From: an uncultured bacterium
Lineage (GTDB): Bacteria > Fidelibacterota > Marinisomatia > Marinisomatales > TCS56
Direction: 5' to 3'
Length of the DNA: 64,000 nt
Assembly (NCBI GenBank): GCA_964439935.1
Contig: CAYTPW010000007.1
Coordinates: 33,932-97,931 of the forward strand
Part shown: positions 30,000 through 39,368 of the stretch, piece by piece
How the letters are laid out: the number at the start of each line of letters is the position of its first letter
How positions within the stretch are numbered: the stretch's first letter is position 1
Program-made: the position numbers and the translations under genes
The notes under the pieces: model-generated
Database searches by the model: none
Told to the model about the DNA's origin: nothing
What the model saw: the letters and a program-made list of their open reading frames with translations, nothing else

Positions 30000-30926
30000 T
30001 TGAAGTTAACTATCTTAATTACAGTTATCGCTGTAGTCTTCAGCAGCTGTTCCCTGATGACTCATCGCATTAAGGAACCGATCCTGCTGGATCGGGAGCC
30101 ACGAGTATCATTTCGCTATGAATACAAAAGTGTTCTGGTTAGTGTACCGTATTTTATTGAAGATCGACAACCTGATATTATCAATTTCAAATTATCACAC
30201 CGTGCCGATCCATCACTGACTTTGATTGAGCAGGATTTTCCGGCCGGAGCGTCACTGCAGTTGCTGGTTCCCAGAGGCATTTTAAATCCTGACCCGATGG
30301 GTAATTTGGCAGTAATAAAGCCGCTGGGAGGCGATTTCGAAACCAGAAAGATTTTATTTTCCTACGAAGAACTTCCAGTTATCAACCTTTCCCAGGTATT
30401 GATTCGTGAACATCCCTTTGTGGTGACCGGTACAGTGCTACAACGCGCAAACAATCAGCCTGTAACTGGTGCGCGGTTGGCTCTTGTCGCCCGCACCCAA
30501 AATACCGTTTACGGTAATACCCAAACCGACAGCACCGGTTTTTTCCGATTTGAATTGAAAAACAGATTTGGGACAGCAGCCGACTATTATCTGCGGGTTG
30601 AAACCGATTTCCAATACCCAAATCGGCTTGTTCCAGTTAGTTTTGATGCTGAACGTCAGTTCGATACGGAAATTTTATTGGGAGTAAGTCAAGCTGGGGC
30701 CAATGGTGTTGCCTACCGGGTGATGGAAAATGGGACCCCGTTTCGCCAGGGACCGGAAAATGGTGCGGAAATACAATTTTTTCTGGCTGCCGGAGATATT
30801 ATTACCGTTATAAAAGTAGCTGGAAACCGGTTGTATGGATTCGTTGAGATGGTGACCAGCAATGAATCTGAGGTACAGCCGGTATACGGATGGATTCAGG
30901 ATCGGGACGTTGAATTAAGCGAATGA
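30000..30926 (+). CDS. lipoprotein with carboxypeptidase-regulatory-like and SH3-like domains
   Basis: It starts at TTG and has signal peptide/lipobox VFSSC. The segment TGTVLQRANNQPVTGARLAL...TDSTGFFRFEL has a CarboxypepD_reg-like pattern. Confidence 0.5.
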   Translation: MKLTILITVIAVVFSSCSLMTHRIKEPILLDREPRVSFRYEYKSVLVSVPYFIEDRQPDIINFKLSHRADPSLTLIEQDFPAGASLQLLVPRGILNPDPMGNLAVIKPLGGDFETRKILFSYEELPVINLSQVLIREHPFVVTGTVLQRANNQPVTGARLALVARTQNTVYGNTQTDSTGFFRFELKNRFGTAADYYLRVETDFQYPNRLVPVSFDAERQFDTEILLGVSQAGANGVAYRVMENGTPFRQGPENGAEIQFFLAAGDIITVIKVAGNRLYGFVEMVTSNESEVQPVYGWIQDRDVELSE

Positions 30927-31387
30927 TTAAGTCATCCAATTATTTGTTACTGGGCATCTTTGTGGTTGCATTTACCGGTGCGCAGGTACCGGTTACAATT
31001 TTAAGTATTCCCGCTGGAGCCAATGTGACTGTGGACTTTAACGAGATTGGTGTAACCCCGATAAATAATCATGAATTCACGGCTGGCAGCTACACATTCG
31101 AAGTGGAATTGGATGGCTATGCAAAAATTATCAAAACGGTTGATTTTCATGAAGCTAAACACTTGGAAATCGAATTTCGCCTGAATGAATTGTTATCGGT
31201 CCGGTTTACATCAAAAATACCTGATTTGAAATTTGAAACCGGCGGGCAAACCTGGGAAGATCGTAAAGTTAAATTGCAGATGGAAGCAGGTCAGCACCGG
31301 ATTATTGTTTATTCCGGATTTATGCGGATTGATTCGATTATTATAAATGTAAACAGTCCTATGGATTTTATTTATGATCCGAATTGA
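30923..31387 (+). CDS. PEGA domain-containing protein
   Basis: 154 aa with a signal peptide. The PEGA-like segment is SIPAGANVTVDFNEIGVTP...LDGY. Its start overlaps the upstream stop (ATGA). Confidence 0.6.
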   Translation: MIKSSNYLLLGIFVVAFTGAQVPVTILSIPAGANVTVDFNEIGVTPINNHEFTAGSYTFEVELDGYAKIIKTVDFHEAKHLEIEFRLNELLSVRFTSKIPDLKFETGGQTWEDRKVKLQMEAGQHRIIVYSGFMRIDSIIINVNSPMDFIYDPN

Positions 31388-31584
31388 TGGTACTGGCAGT
31401 CTGAAAAAACCAGGTTGAACTAAACAGGATAAACTTATCCATTTTAGTTGTTGGGGGCTTTGGTTATGCGTAAATTTTTGTCTGCTTATTACAGATTTAA
31501 TATCAAGTTTGCCAAATCCCAGTTCATAATATTTTAAATCATTCTACTCTAACAATCACATTAGGAAACAGGAGCTAAACAACC

Positions 31585-33522
31585 ATGTCTGAAAAGATAT
31601 ACAAGCCATCAAAAAATGCTTCCGACAATGCCTGGATCAACAACCTGGACCAGTACCAGGAGATCTATAATAAATCGGTTGCGGATCCCGATGCATTTTG
31701 GGCGGAAATTGCTGAACGTCTCACCTGGTATAAAAAATGGGACAAAGTTCAGGAATTTGATTTCGTTGATGCAAACATTAAATATTTCACCGGCGGAAAA
31801 CTAAATGTCAGTTACAATTGTCTGGATCGACATGTCATCGCCGGTCATGGAGATCAGAAAGCATTGATCTGGGAAGGTAATGATCCCAGTGAATCAAAGT
31901 CATACACTTACGCCGAATTGCTGGTTGAAGTGCAGAAATTCGCCAATTTCCTGAAGGATATCGGCGTTGAAAAAGGTGATCGAGTCTGTCTGTACATGCA
32001 GATGATTCCTGAGCTGGCAATTGCCATGCTGGCCTGCACCCGCATAGGAGCGGTTCATTCAATCGTTTTTGGTGCTTTCAGTTCTGATTCCCTTAGGGAC
32101 CGGATCAACGATTCCAGCTGCAAAATCCTGATCACCCAGGATACCGGCGTTCGTGGCACAAAATTAAATATTCCCATGAAAATCAATGCTGACAAGGCGG
32201 TTGATGAATGTCCTTCGATTGAGCATGTTATTGTAGTAAAAAGAACCGGTGAACCGGTTAATATGGTTGAAGGTCGTGATCTCTGGTGGCATGATGGTGT
32301 GGCCAAAGCAGCGGCAGTCTGCGAACCGGAACAAATGGATGCGGAAGATCCTTTATTCATTCTTTATACCTCCGGATCGACCGGCAAACCGAAAGGTGTG
32401 CTCCATACCACTGGCGGTTATTTGGTTTACACTTCCTACACCCACGAATTGATCTTCGATTATCATGAAGGTGACATTTATTGGTGTACTGCTGACATCG
32501 GCTGGGTTACCGGTCACTCATACATCGTTTATGGTCCGCTTGCCAATCGGGCTGTCACTGTCATGTTTGAAGGTGTACCCAATTATCCTGATTTCGGCCG
32601 TTTCTGGGATATCGTTGACAAACATGAAATCAATATTTTTTACACGGCACCCACCGCTCTGCGAGCCCTGATGAGAGAAGGTAATGACTGGGTAACCAAG
32701 CATGACCTTTCCAGCCTGCGCCTGCTGGGTACGGTTGGCGAACCGATCAAAGAACCGGAATGGAATTGGTACTATAATATTGTTGGTGGTGGAAAAAGTC
32801 CGATCGTAGATACCTGGTGGCAGACAGAAACCGGTGGAATACTGATTACACCGCTACCCGGTGCGACACCATTAAAGCCCGGCTCTGCGACCCTGCCGTT
32901 CTTTGGCGTTCAACCGGTTCTGCTAACGGAAGATGGAAAAGAGATTGAAGGAAATAGTGTCTCCGGTCTGTTGGCCATTAAATCATCCTGGCCCGGTATT
33001 ATGCGTACACTATATGGCGATCACCCCAGATTTAAGCAAACCTATTTCGCACTTTATCCCGGCTACTATCTGACTGGCGATGGCGCACGTCGCGACGAAG
33101 ATGGTTATTACTGGATTACCGGTAGAGTCGATGATGTTTTGAATATTTCCGGCCACCGGATTGGTACCGCTGAAGTGGAAGGGGCAATCGGTAAAGCTAA
33201 CAATGTGGCCGAAGCTGCTGTGGTTGGATTTCCCCATGATATCAAAGGTCAGGGCATCTATGCCTACGTGACTTTGATGAGTGGTGTGGATCCGACACCG
33301 GAAATTGAAAAGGATATTATCCAGACCGTGCGCCGGGAGATTGGACCCCACGCTTCACCGGATAAAATCCAATTTACACCGGCCCTGCCGAAAACGCGTT
33401 CCGGGAAAATCATGCGCCGCATTCTACGGAAGATATCAGAAAATGAAATCGATAAACTCGGCGACATTTCAACCCTGGCAGATCCCAGTGTTGTGACTTC
33501 GCTGGTGGAAGGTCGCAAATAA
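31585..33522 (+). CDS. acs: acetyl-CoA synthetase
   Basis: 645 aa with the AMP-binding motif [12 protein letters not shown]-terminal SGKIMRR, and an AGGAG RBS. Confidence 0.95.
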   Translation: MSEKIYKPSKNASDNAWINNLDQYQEIYNKSVADPDAFWAEIAERLTWYKKWDKVQEFDFVDANIKYFTGGKLNVSYNCLDRHVIAGHGDQKALIWEGNDPSESKSYTYAELLVEVQKFANFLKDIGVEKGDRVCLYMQMIPELAIAMLACTRIGAVHSIVFGAFSSDSLRDRINDSSCKILITQDTGVRGTKLNIPMKINADKAVDECPSIEHVIVVKRTGEPVNMVEGRDLWWHDGVAKAAAVCEPEQMDAEDPLFILYTSGSTGKPKGVLHTTGGYLVYTSYTHELIFDYHEGDIYWCTADIGWVTGHSYIVYGPLANRAVTVMFEGVPNYPDFGRFWDIVDKHEINIFYTAPTALRALMREGNDWVTKHDLSSLRLLGTVGEPIKEPEWNWYYNIVGGGKSPIVDTWWQTETGGILITPLPGATPLKPGSATLPFFGVQPVLLTEDGKEIEGNSVSGLLAIKSSWPGIMRTLYGDHPRFKQTYFALYPGYYLTGDGARRDEDGYYWITGRVDDVLNISGHRIGTAEVEGAIGKANNVAEAAVVGFPHDIKGQGIYAYVTLMSGVDPTPEIEKDIIQTVRREIGPHASPDKIQFTPALPKTRSGKIMRRILRKISENEIDKLGDISTLADPSVVTSLVEGRK

Positions 33523-33549
33523 ATCCGGGGAACGAAACCAGCAAATAAT

Positions 33550-33578
33550 AAAGGGGCTTCCGCAGAAGCCCCTTTTTA
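33550..33578. terminator. bidirectional Rho-independent terminator
   Basis: AAA-GGGGCTTC-CGCA-GAAGCCCC-TTTTT, located between acs and the convergent small Cys-rich ORF. Confidence 0.8.
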
Positions 33579-33632
33579 TATCCGATAATGTAGTTGTGGA
33601 CAAAAGTCCCTATAGGTCAAACTGGGGATGGA

Positions 33633-33830
33633 CTAAGCATTTTTTAATTCACCGACCTGGCAAATCGCTTCGCCGCAGGAGCATACGATAAAATCCAGAT
33701 CCTGCATGCCAGCATAATCATTATAACTAGGACTCCAGCGCTGACCACAGTGCTCACAATACAAATCATTCTGGTAATATAAACACTGATGCTCCTCGGA
33801 AATAGCAGGTCTAATTGTGGCGTACTCCAT
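33633..33830 (-). CDS. small cysteine-rich protein (65 aa, zinc-ribbon-like)
   Basis: The ATG at 33830 is preceded by AAAGGA. It has six Cys arranged C-x8-C-x2-C ... C-x-C-x4-C. Confidence 0.4.
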   Translation of the reverse strand: MEYATIRPAISEEHQCLYYQNDLYCEHCGQRWSPSYNDYAGMQDLDFIVCSCGEAICQVGELKNA

Positions 33831-34010
33831 AATAAATCCTTTCAAATCTGCTCAGCGGTGTACAAAAGGCGTACAAATATTAGTAATGTTACATCAATTA
33901 GGCAAGTGGTATCTGGAATATATGTTGAGTAATTATCAGCAGATAATCTAATTTCCCGCGCCTCGTAATATGTTAATAAAGAAATAATAAGTCATTATAC
34001 AGGAGACAAC

Positions 34011-35468
34011 ATGGCTCATTTGAAGCAAGTAACCAGTACCGATAAGCTTTGGAAAGATGTAGCGTTTGATCTGATTGCTCTAGGCGTTTTTGAGGATATT
34101 GAGTTGACCCAGCTAGGCCAGGAAATTGATACAGCGCTCGGGGGACAAATTAGTGCAGCTATCAGGAAAGGTGATTTAAAAGGTAAAGCAATGGATACCA
34201 CTCAGTTTTTCGGGACTGATATTCGTGTACTCATTGTTGGATTGGGAAAAAAAGAAAAATTTGATTTTGAAGTTGTACGCAGAGCAGCTGCCCAAGCTGC
34301 CAAAACAGCAATCTCTAGGAAATATAGCAGACTGGCTCTTGAAATATTCGGCGGCGATCTATCAGCAAGCCAGGCTCTGGCCGAGGGTGTTATCCTTGGT
34401 AGCTATCAATTCCATGATTATAAGAAGGACGATGACGATCAATTTGAATTGAAAAGCGCTGTAGTTTTGAATGGTGATGAAGCCGATGTTGATAAAGGCA
34501 GTAAGTTTGGTAATGCCGTATGTCTGGCCCGGGATTTGGGGAATCATCCGGGCAATGTTGCCACACCGACTTTCCTGGCTGGTGTAGCATCTGATATCGC
34601 CCAGGAAGGTGGAATGAAGCTGAATGTGTTTGATCGGGAGGAATTTACTACAATGGGTATGGGTGCTTTGGCAGGCGTTGCCAGTGGTACCGATGAGCCA
34701 CCCAAGTTTATCCTTTTGGAATATAATGGTGGCGGTGATGAAAAACCAGTCGCCCTGATCGGTAAAGGCCTTACTTTCGATAGTGGCGGAATCTCGATAA
34801 AACCGGGTGCATCGATGGATGAGATGAAGTTCGATATGTGTGGATCAGCGGTTGTACTGGGCATTATGAAAGCTGTGGCTGCCTTAAAACCGAAGATGAA
34901 TGTGGTGGCTGCGATTCCTGCCACAGAAAATCTAAGCGGTGGCAAAGCCTATAAACCTGGTGATATTCTCACAGCCTATAATGGTAAAACCATTGAAGTG
35001 CTGAATACTGATGCCGAAGGAAGAATCATCCTGGCAGATGCGCTATCATACGTAAGTAAACATTACGATCCTGAATTCATTTTTGATTTTGCTACGCTCA
35101 CCGGGGCAGTATTGATTGCATTGGGGCATATTGCCACCGGTATTCTAGGAAATGATGATAAATTGATTGCCCGGGTTCTGGAAGCAGCTCAAATCAGCGG
35201 TGAAAAATTCTGGCAATTACCACTGTGGGACGAATACTGCGAGCATGTGAAATCCAAGATTGCCGATGTTAAAAATGTCGGTAAAGCCCGCCAGGCGGGT
35301 ACGATCGCCGGGGCAGCCTTTCTAAAGGAATTTGTCCAGGAAGATATTCCGTGGGTGCATTTCGATATCGCTGGCAGCGCCTGGAGCGATGAGGATATTC
35401 CGTATTTCGTTAAAAAAACAGCCACAGGAACTGTGATTCGAACTGTACTGCAGGTAATGGGTGTTTGA
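34011..35468 (+). CDS. pepA: leucyl aminopeptidase (M17)
   Basis: 485 aa with GKGLTFDSGG and NTDAEGR motifs and a CAGGAG RBS. Confidence 0.9.
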   Translation: MAHLKQVTSTDKLWKDVAFDLIALGVFEDIELTQLGQEIDTALGGQISAAIRKGDLKGKAMDTTQFFGTDIRVLIVGLGKKEKFDFEVVRRAAAQAAKTAISRKYSRLALEIFGGDLSASQALAEGVILGSYQFHDYKKDDDDQFELKSAVVLNGDEADVDKGSKFGNAVCLARDLGNHPGNVATPTFLAGVASDIAQEGGMKLNVFDREEFTTMGMGALAGVASGTDEPPKFILLEYNGGGDEKPVALIGKGLTFDSGGISIKPGASMDEMKFDMCGSAVVLGIMKAVAALKPKMNVVAAIPATENLSGGKAYKPGDILTAYNGKTIEVLNTDAEGRIILADALSYVSKHYDPEFIFDFATLTGAVLIALGHIATGILGNDDKLIARVLEAAQISGEKFWQLPLWDEYCEHVKSKIADVKNVGKARQAGTIAGAAFLKEFVQEDIPWVHFDIAGSAWSDEDIPYFVKKTATGTVIRTVLQVMGV

Positions 35469-35501
35469 TTCCAGCTAAACCCCTATAATAGACAATTGTT
35501 T

Positions 35502-35540
35502 TCGCCCCCGTTGCGCATAGCATATCCGGGGGCGATTTTA
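35502..35540 (+). terminator. Rho-independent terminator
   Basis: TCGCCCCCG-(16-nt loop)-CGGGGGCGA-TTTTATTT, downstream of pepA. Confidence 0.7.
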
Positions 35541-35587
35541 TTTATGACCGCATTTATTTAATTTTCAACATTCTAATTGGAGGACTT

Positions 35588-36160
35588 ATGGCGGATTATC
35601 CTGATCGGGCGGAAGCCCTGGAATTGCTTTATGAGTATACAAAATCGGAATCGCTCCGAAAGCACGGTTTGGCGGTGGAGCAGGTAATGCGTGTGCTGGC
35701 CAGGAAATATGGCGAAGACGAGGAATTGTGGGGAATCACCGGACTGTTACATGATTTCGATTATGAAAAATTTCCCACTGCCGAGGAACATCCTTATAAA
35801 GGCAATGAAATCCTAAAGGAGAAAGGCTACCCTGATGATATGCGCCTGGCAATCATGGGCCACGCTGATTATACTGGAGTACCCCGTGCAAAATTGATGG
35901 CCAAAGTCTTATTTTCCTGCGATGAATTATCCGGGTTCATTTTTGCCGTCACTTATGTTCGTCCATCCAGATCGATCATGGATGTTAAAGTGAAATCGGT
36001 GACTAAAAAATTAAAGGACCGCAGCTTTGCCGCCAAGGTCAGCCGGGAGGATGTGGAACAGGGTATCTTGGAATTAGGCGTGGACCGCGCTAAGCATATC
36101 CAGTTTGTTATTGAAGCCATGCAGGAAAAAGCCGAAGAACTGGGTCTGGCCGGAAATTGA
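35588..36160 (+). CDS. HD domain phosphohydrolase
   Basis: 190 aa. LLHDFDYEK contains the HD dyad. An additional GH...D is present, with a GGAGG RBS. Confidence 0.75.
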   Translation: MADYPDRAEALELLYEYTKSESLRKHGLAVEQVMRVLARKYGEDEELWGITGLLHDFDYEKFPTAEEHPYKGNEILKEKGYPDDMRLAIMGHADYTGVPRAKLMAKVLFSCDELSGFIFAVTYVRPSRSIMDVKVKSVTKKLKDRSFAAKVSREDVEQGILELGVDRAKHIQFVIEAMQEKAEELGLAGN

Positions 36161-36237
36161 TTTTATCTAATTGGTCGCCGCCTCAGCAGGTCAACTGCAC
36201 CCTGAAACGATACAGCAGCTAAACCCGTTCAATCATC

Positions 36238-36678
36238 CTAGTCTTCGTGTTCGGTATCATGATCATCTTCATGATGGAGGTCGTGATCTTGGTCGTGATC
36301 GCCCGTATGGTCGCCGTCGTGATCACCGGAATGGTCGCTGTCATGGTCACTGGAATGGTCACCACCGTGATCACCGGTGTGTGCTCCGCTGTGGTCATCG
36401 GCATCCCGCTCCTGCTCGATTTCTAGGACGATCCCTTCAGCAGTAAGTTCTATCTCGTATTCGAAATCACCTTTTATCCCCTCCAGTTCGTATGTAATTC
36501 CGTCATTTGATTCCTCCATTTCAGCTTCGGTGAACTGAACACCAGGTAAAGCTTCCTGGGCGGCCTTCAGTACTGCCCCAGGAATTTCCGAAATGGGAAT
36601 ATCCCTTTCATCACCCGAAATCCCAACAGAAACCAACAACAAAATTAAGATACCGATTAAATAATTAGTATTTCGCAT
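36238..36678 (-). CDS. secreted PepSY-like domain protein with C-terminal His/Asp repeat tail
   Basis: The ATG at 36678 has a GGAGG RBS 7 nt upstream. It has a signal peptide and a PepSY-like core (ITYELEGIKGDFEYEIELTAEG). The last 55 aa contain 14 His, mostly in an x-x-D-H four-residue repeat. Confidence 0.6.
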   Translation of the reverse strand: MRNTNYLIGILILLLVSVGISGDERDIPISEIPGAVLKAAQEALPGVQFTEAEMEESNDGITYELEGIKGDFEYEIELTAEGIVLEIEQERDADDHSGAHTGDHGGDHSSDHDSDHSGDHDGDHTGDHDQDHDLHHEDDHDTEHED

Positions 36679-36836
36679 GTCTGTTCCTCCCATTGTTATA
36701 AAAATGTCGACAGTAATTTAATCCATAAAAACCAATAATATTAATCCATTAATACGATGAATTTTAATGCCCATAACTTGTAAAACAAGATTGCGTTATT
36801 TTAAGATTTAGATTCCTCCAGCATTAATTCTATGGG

Positions 36837-37343
36837 TCAGTTAGCCCAATGTAACAACTCATCAGTACCCGGCGGATCATTCCAGTCAATTGGTCCCCGC
36901 TCAAAGCGGTATATCAATCTTGGTAATACGATCTGATTCCAGGCCTGGTTAAAATAATCGAAAGCTTCGTCCCATTCACTACCTGAACCCCATCCATCAT
37001 GATAGAGAGTCACTTTCGTACCGGATTCATCCGGAAAAAGGCGAATTACCACATGTGTATGCTGCTTTCGTACACTGGGAAGATGGGGAGGGGCGTTCCA
37101 AGTAAATGAAAACATCTTCATAGGCTGGATCGCCAATATACGCACTCCTTCACCACCGCGCTGACCTGATGGTGCATCGGGATTAAAATAAATTTCATAA
37201 TTCCCACCCGGGCGAAAATCAATGTTGCAGCCCGGAGCAAAAAAACCGATGATCCCATCCTCAGTCGTCCATGCTTTCCAGACATCGTCGAGGTTTGCTT
37301 TGACCTGAATTTCGCAGATTATAGCTTTTTCATGTTCTTTCAT
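36837..37343 (-). CDS. SRPBCC / AHSA1-like domain protein
   Basis: 168 aa with the pattern W.A.T....WF....-FSFTW typical of Aha1-like SRPBCC proteins. Confidence 0.65.
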   Translation of the reverse strand: MKEHEKAIICEIQVKANLDDVWKAWTTEDGIIGFFAPGCNIDFRPGGNYEIYFNPDAPSGQRGGEGVRILAIQPMKMFSFTWNAPPHLPSVRKQHTHVVIRLFPDESGTKVTLYHDGWGSGSEWDEAFDYFNQAWNQIVLPRLIYRFERGPIDWNDPPGTDELLHWAN

Positions 37344-37373
37344 TATTATTGCCCAAATCTAAAGATTTTGATT

Positions 37374-37500
37374 GTCTAATGCTTAAATCACCGGCGCAAA
37401 CTTGACCGGTTATATGCTGTTTGAATAACAATTCCAATTTTACAATCCCATGTTCTCTAATTAGCCTACCACTCGAAGTCATGATGTAGTGTGGTTACGA
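37374..37500 (-). repeat. attC-like element, degenerate ends (TCGTAAC ... ATTAGAC on the minus strand)
   Basis: This 127-nt element aligns end to end with the 132-nt element at 41514-41645. Shared blocks are GGAATTGTTA, GGTCAAGTT and CGGTGA.TTAA. It sits in the same place relative to the ORFs: after a stop and before the next start. Confidence 0.4.
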
Positions 37501-37534
37501 GCATTTTACAATCGCTACATTGAAATTCAGATAT

Positions 37535-38461
37535 TCATATTTTTTTGGCAAGTACTATAATATGGCTGTTTAATTTTATAAAAAAATTGATTCTTTTTAT
37601 ATAAGCAAACAGTTTTGATTTATTTGCTTGCATTATGGAAGGTGGGTAGCCCCAATTAAACGCATATGATTTCAAAATTTTGAATCCTGCCTTTTCAAAT
37701 AAAGTAGTTATTTCGGATAATGAATAAAATCTAATATGGGGTTGTTTGGTAGTCCCTTCATTGAGTGAATATTTATTAACCAGGTCAAAATCTAAATTGC
37801 TTGCACCTTTAACCAATTTTAACAAACCCAGCAAATAGGCTACATTGTTTGTTTCTAACACACAAATTCCATCTTTTTTGGTTATTTTATTTAAGAAGTC
37901 AAATAAAAGAAATGGAGTGTGTAAATGCTCAATGACTTCCATGCAGGTAACTATATCAAATTCTAACTGGATATCGTCGGATTTGGTTGAGCTCCGAATT
38001 GAGGACTCACAATAATCCAAATTATTATAAATGAATTCAATTTTCTCATTTTGCATAAAATTGATAAATGGTAGTTTGGTTCGTATACAATTGATAGCAG
38101 GATTAGCGTCTGCATGATCTTTGTATTTAGCTAATTCATCATCTTCACATACAAGGCCTTGGCCAAACAATTTTATTTTTTCTTCTTCGAGAATAAGCTG
38201 TAATAGTCGAAGAAAAGTTCCCGGGAATGCACCGATATCCATGATCCCGGAATCGCTGACGATATATGGTTCGATGAGTTTAAATACTTCAAAATATAAT
38301 TCAATACCAGAATAGGCATAAGATCGCCGGTGTGCATAAACTCTTTCATCACAAAAAAGTTCATACATTGAGGGAGTATATTTATTGTAAACAAGCCGTT
38401 TGAATTCGTGGAAAGTCATATCATTCAATTTCTGCATCTCACGTTTGAGTTCACATGTCAA
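37535..38461 (-). CDS. class I SAM-dependent methyltransferase
   Basis: Motif I-like is IMDIGAFPGTF, and the post-II/III segment is FDIVTCMEVIEHL. It is AT-rich. The start is uncertain: TTG at 38461, with internal ATG candidates. Confidence 0.6.
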   Translation of the reverse strand: MTCELKREMQKLNDMTFHEFKRLVYNKYTPSMYELFCDERVYAHRRSYAYSGIELYFEVFKLIEPYIVSDSGIMDIGAFPGTFLRLLQLILEEEKIKLFGQGLVCEDDELAKYKDHADANPAINCIRTKLPFINFMQNEKIEFIYNNLDYCESSIRSSTKSDDIQLEFDIVTCMEVIEHLHTPFLLFDFLNKITKKDGICVLETNNVAYLLGLLKLVKGASNLDFDLVNKYSLNEGTTKQPHIRFYSLSEITTLFEKAGFKILKSYAFNWGYPPSIMQANKSKLFAYIKRINFFIKLNSHIIVLAKKI

Positions 38462-38544
38462 TTATTGCAGCGTGTTTATGTCTGGTTCGGTTAATTGTTA
38501 ATCCTGAAAGAAAAGAATTCGCCAAAAGTCTGGATTCAATATTC

Positions 38545-39345
38545 CTAATTTTTCTTAAAAATAAAAAATGAAATATGATTTGTTAGCTTCCTAAATGCAA
38601 GATCAATTGACTTTTTTACCACTTTTACCAAAAACAATTTGCTGTCGTAGCACTTTTGCAATGGACGATGAATGATCTTTATTTCATCCATTAATCCTTT
38701 TACTCCATCCGCACGTTTATGCGCGATGAATTCAAATCCACTATCAGTAAAACTATTAATAATGCTTTGATGTGAAAATGCATATTGATAAAAATTGTCT
38801 TTAGTCAACTCAATATCTTCGAGACCTGCATACATCCCCAATGCTGCCTTTGCTTTTCTTAATATAGACATGGAAGGAACAGTTAAAAACAAATAGCCAC
38901 CTTTTTTTATCACTCTGTACATTTCACTTAATATTGCATCATAGCCATCAATAAAGTGCTCTATTACACCAAGTGACCAGTATCCATCAAAAAATTGATC
39001 ACCAAACTCTAATTTTCTCACATCACCGGTGGAAACTTTCAATTCAGGCACAGCCTGGTTCACTTTAGATACAGTGTCTGCCGCAAAATCAACACCATAA
39101 ACATTGTATCCATTACTATGTAAAGTATAAACATTTTGCCCTTTACCACACCCACCTTCAAGAATTGTTGAACCTTTTGGTAAGCATTTGCTCGTATGAT
39201 ACAGAACAAACCTGTTTTTTATCTTTATATCTTCTGCAAAATCGTCACGTGAATAAAACGACCAATGAGAATCCCAAAAATCACTATCAGCCTTTTTATT
39301 CATAAACACCAGACAACGATTTTCAGGATCATAATACTTCTGCAT
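38545..39345 (-). CDS. class I SAM-dependent methyltransferase
   Basis: Motif I is ILEGGCGKGQN, followed by YGVDF and GVIEHF. The ATG at 39345 is preceded by TAGGATAGTGAAT. Confidence 0.7.
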   Translation of the reverse strand: MQKYYDPENRCLVFMNKKADSDFWDSHWSFYSRDDFAEDIKIKNRFVLYHTSKCLPKGSTILEGGCGKGQNVYTLHSNGYNVYGVDFAADTVSKVNQAVPELKVSTGDVRKLEFGDQFFDGYWSLGVIEHFIDGYDAILSEMYRVIKKGGYLFLTVPSMSILRKAKAALGMYAGLEDIELTKDNFYQYAFSHQSIINSFTDSGFEFIAHKRADGVKGLMDEIKIIHRPLQKCYDSKLFLVKVVKKSIDLAFRKLTNHISFFIFKKN

Positions 39346-39368
39346 ATTCACTATCCTATCGGCTTAAA

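Noticed and set aside
36171-36446. ORFs of 91 aa (+) and 61 aa (-) rich in H/R/G or T/I/M over the His-rich tail region.
   Set aside because: They are alternative-frame readings of the degenerate GTCGTGATC/ATGGTC repeat that encodes the (xxDH)n tail of the PepSY-like protein. They have no independent start signals.
37330-37482. A 50-aa ORF (MTSSGRLIREHGIVKLELLFKQHITGQV...) inside the 127-nt element, and a similar 25-aa ORF (41516-41593) inside its paralog. The peptides look related (ELL..GQV..G.L).
   Set aside because: The nucleotide alignment needs a 1-nt indel upstream of GGAATTG, so the frame is not conserved. There is no RBS, and one ORF runs into the next gene out of frame. The similarity is better explained by DNA-level conservation of an attC-like element.
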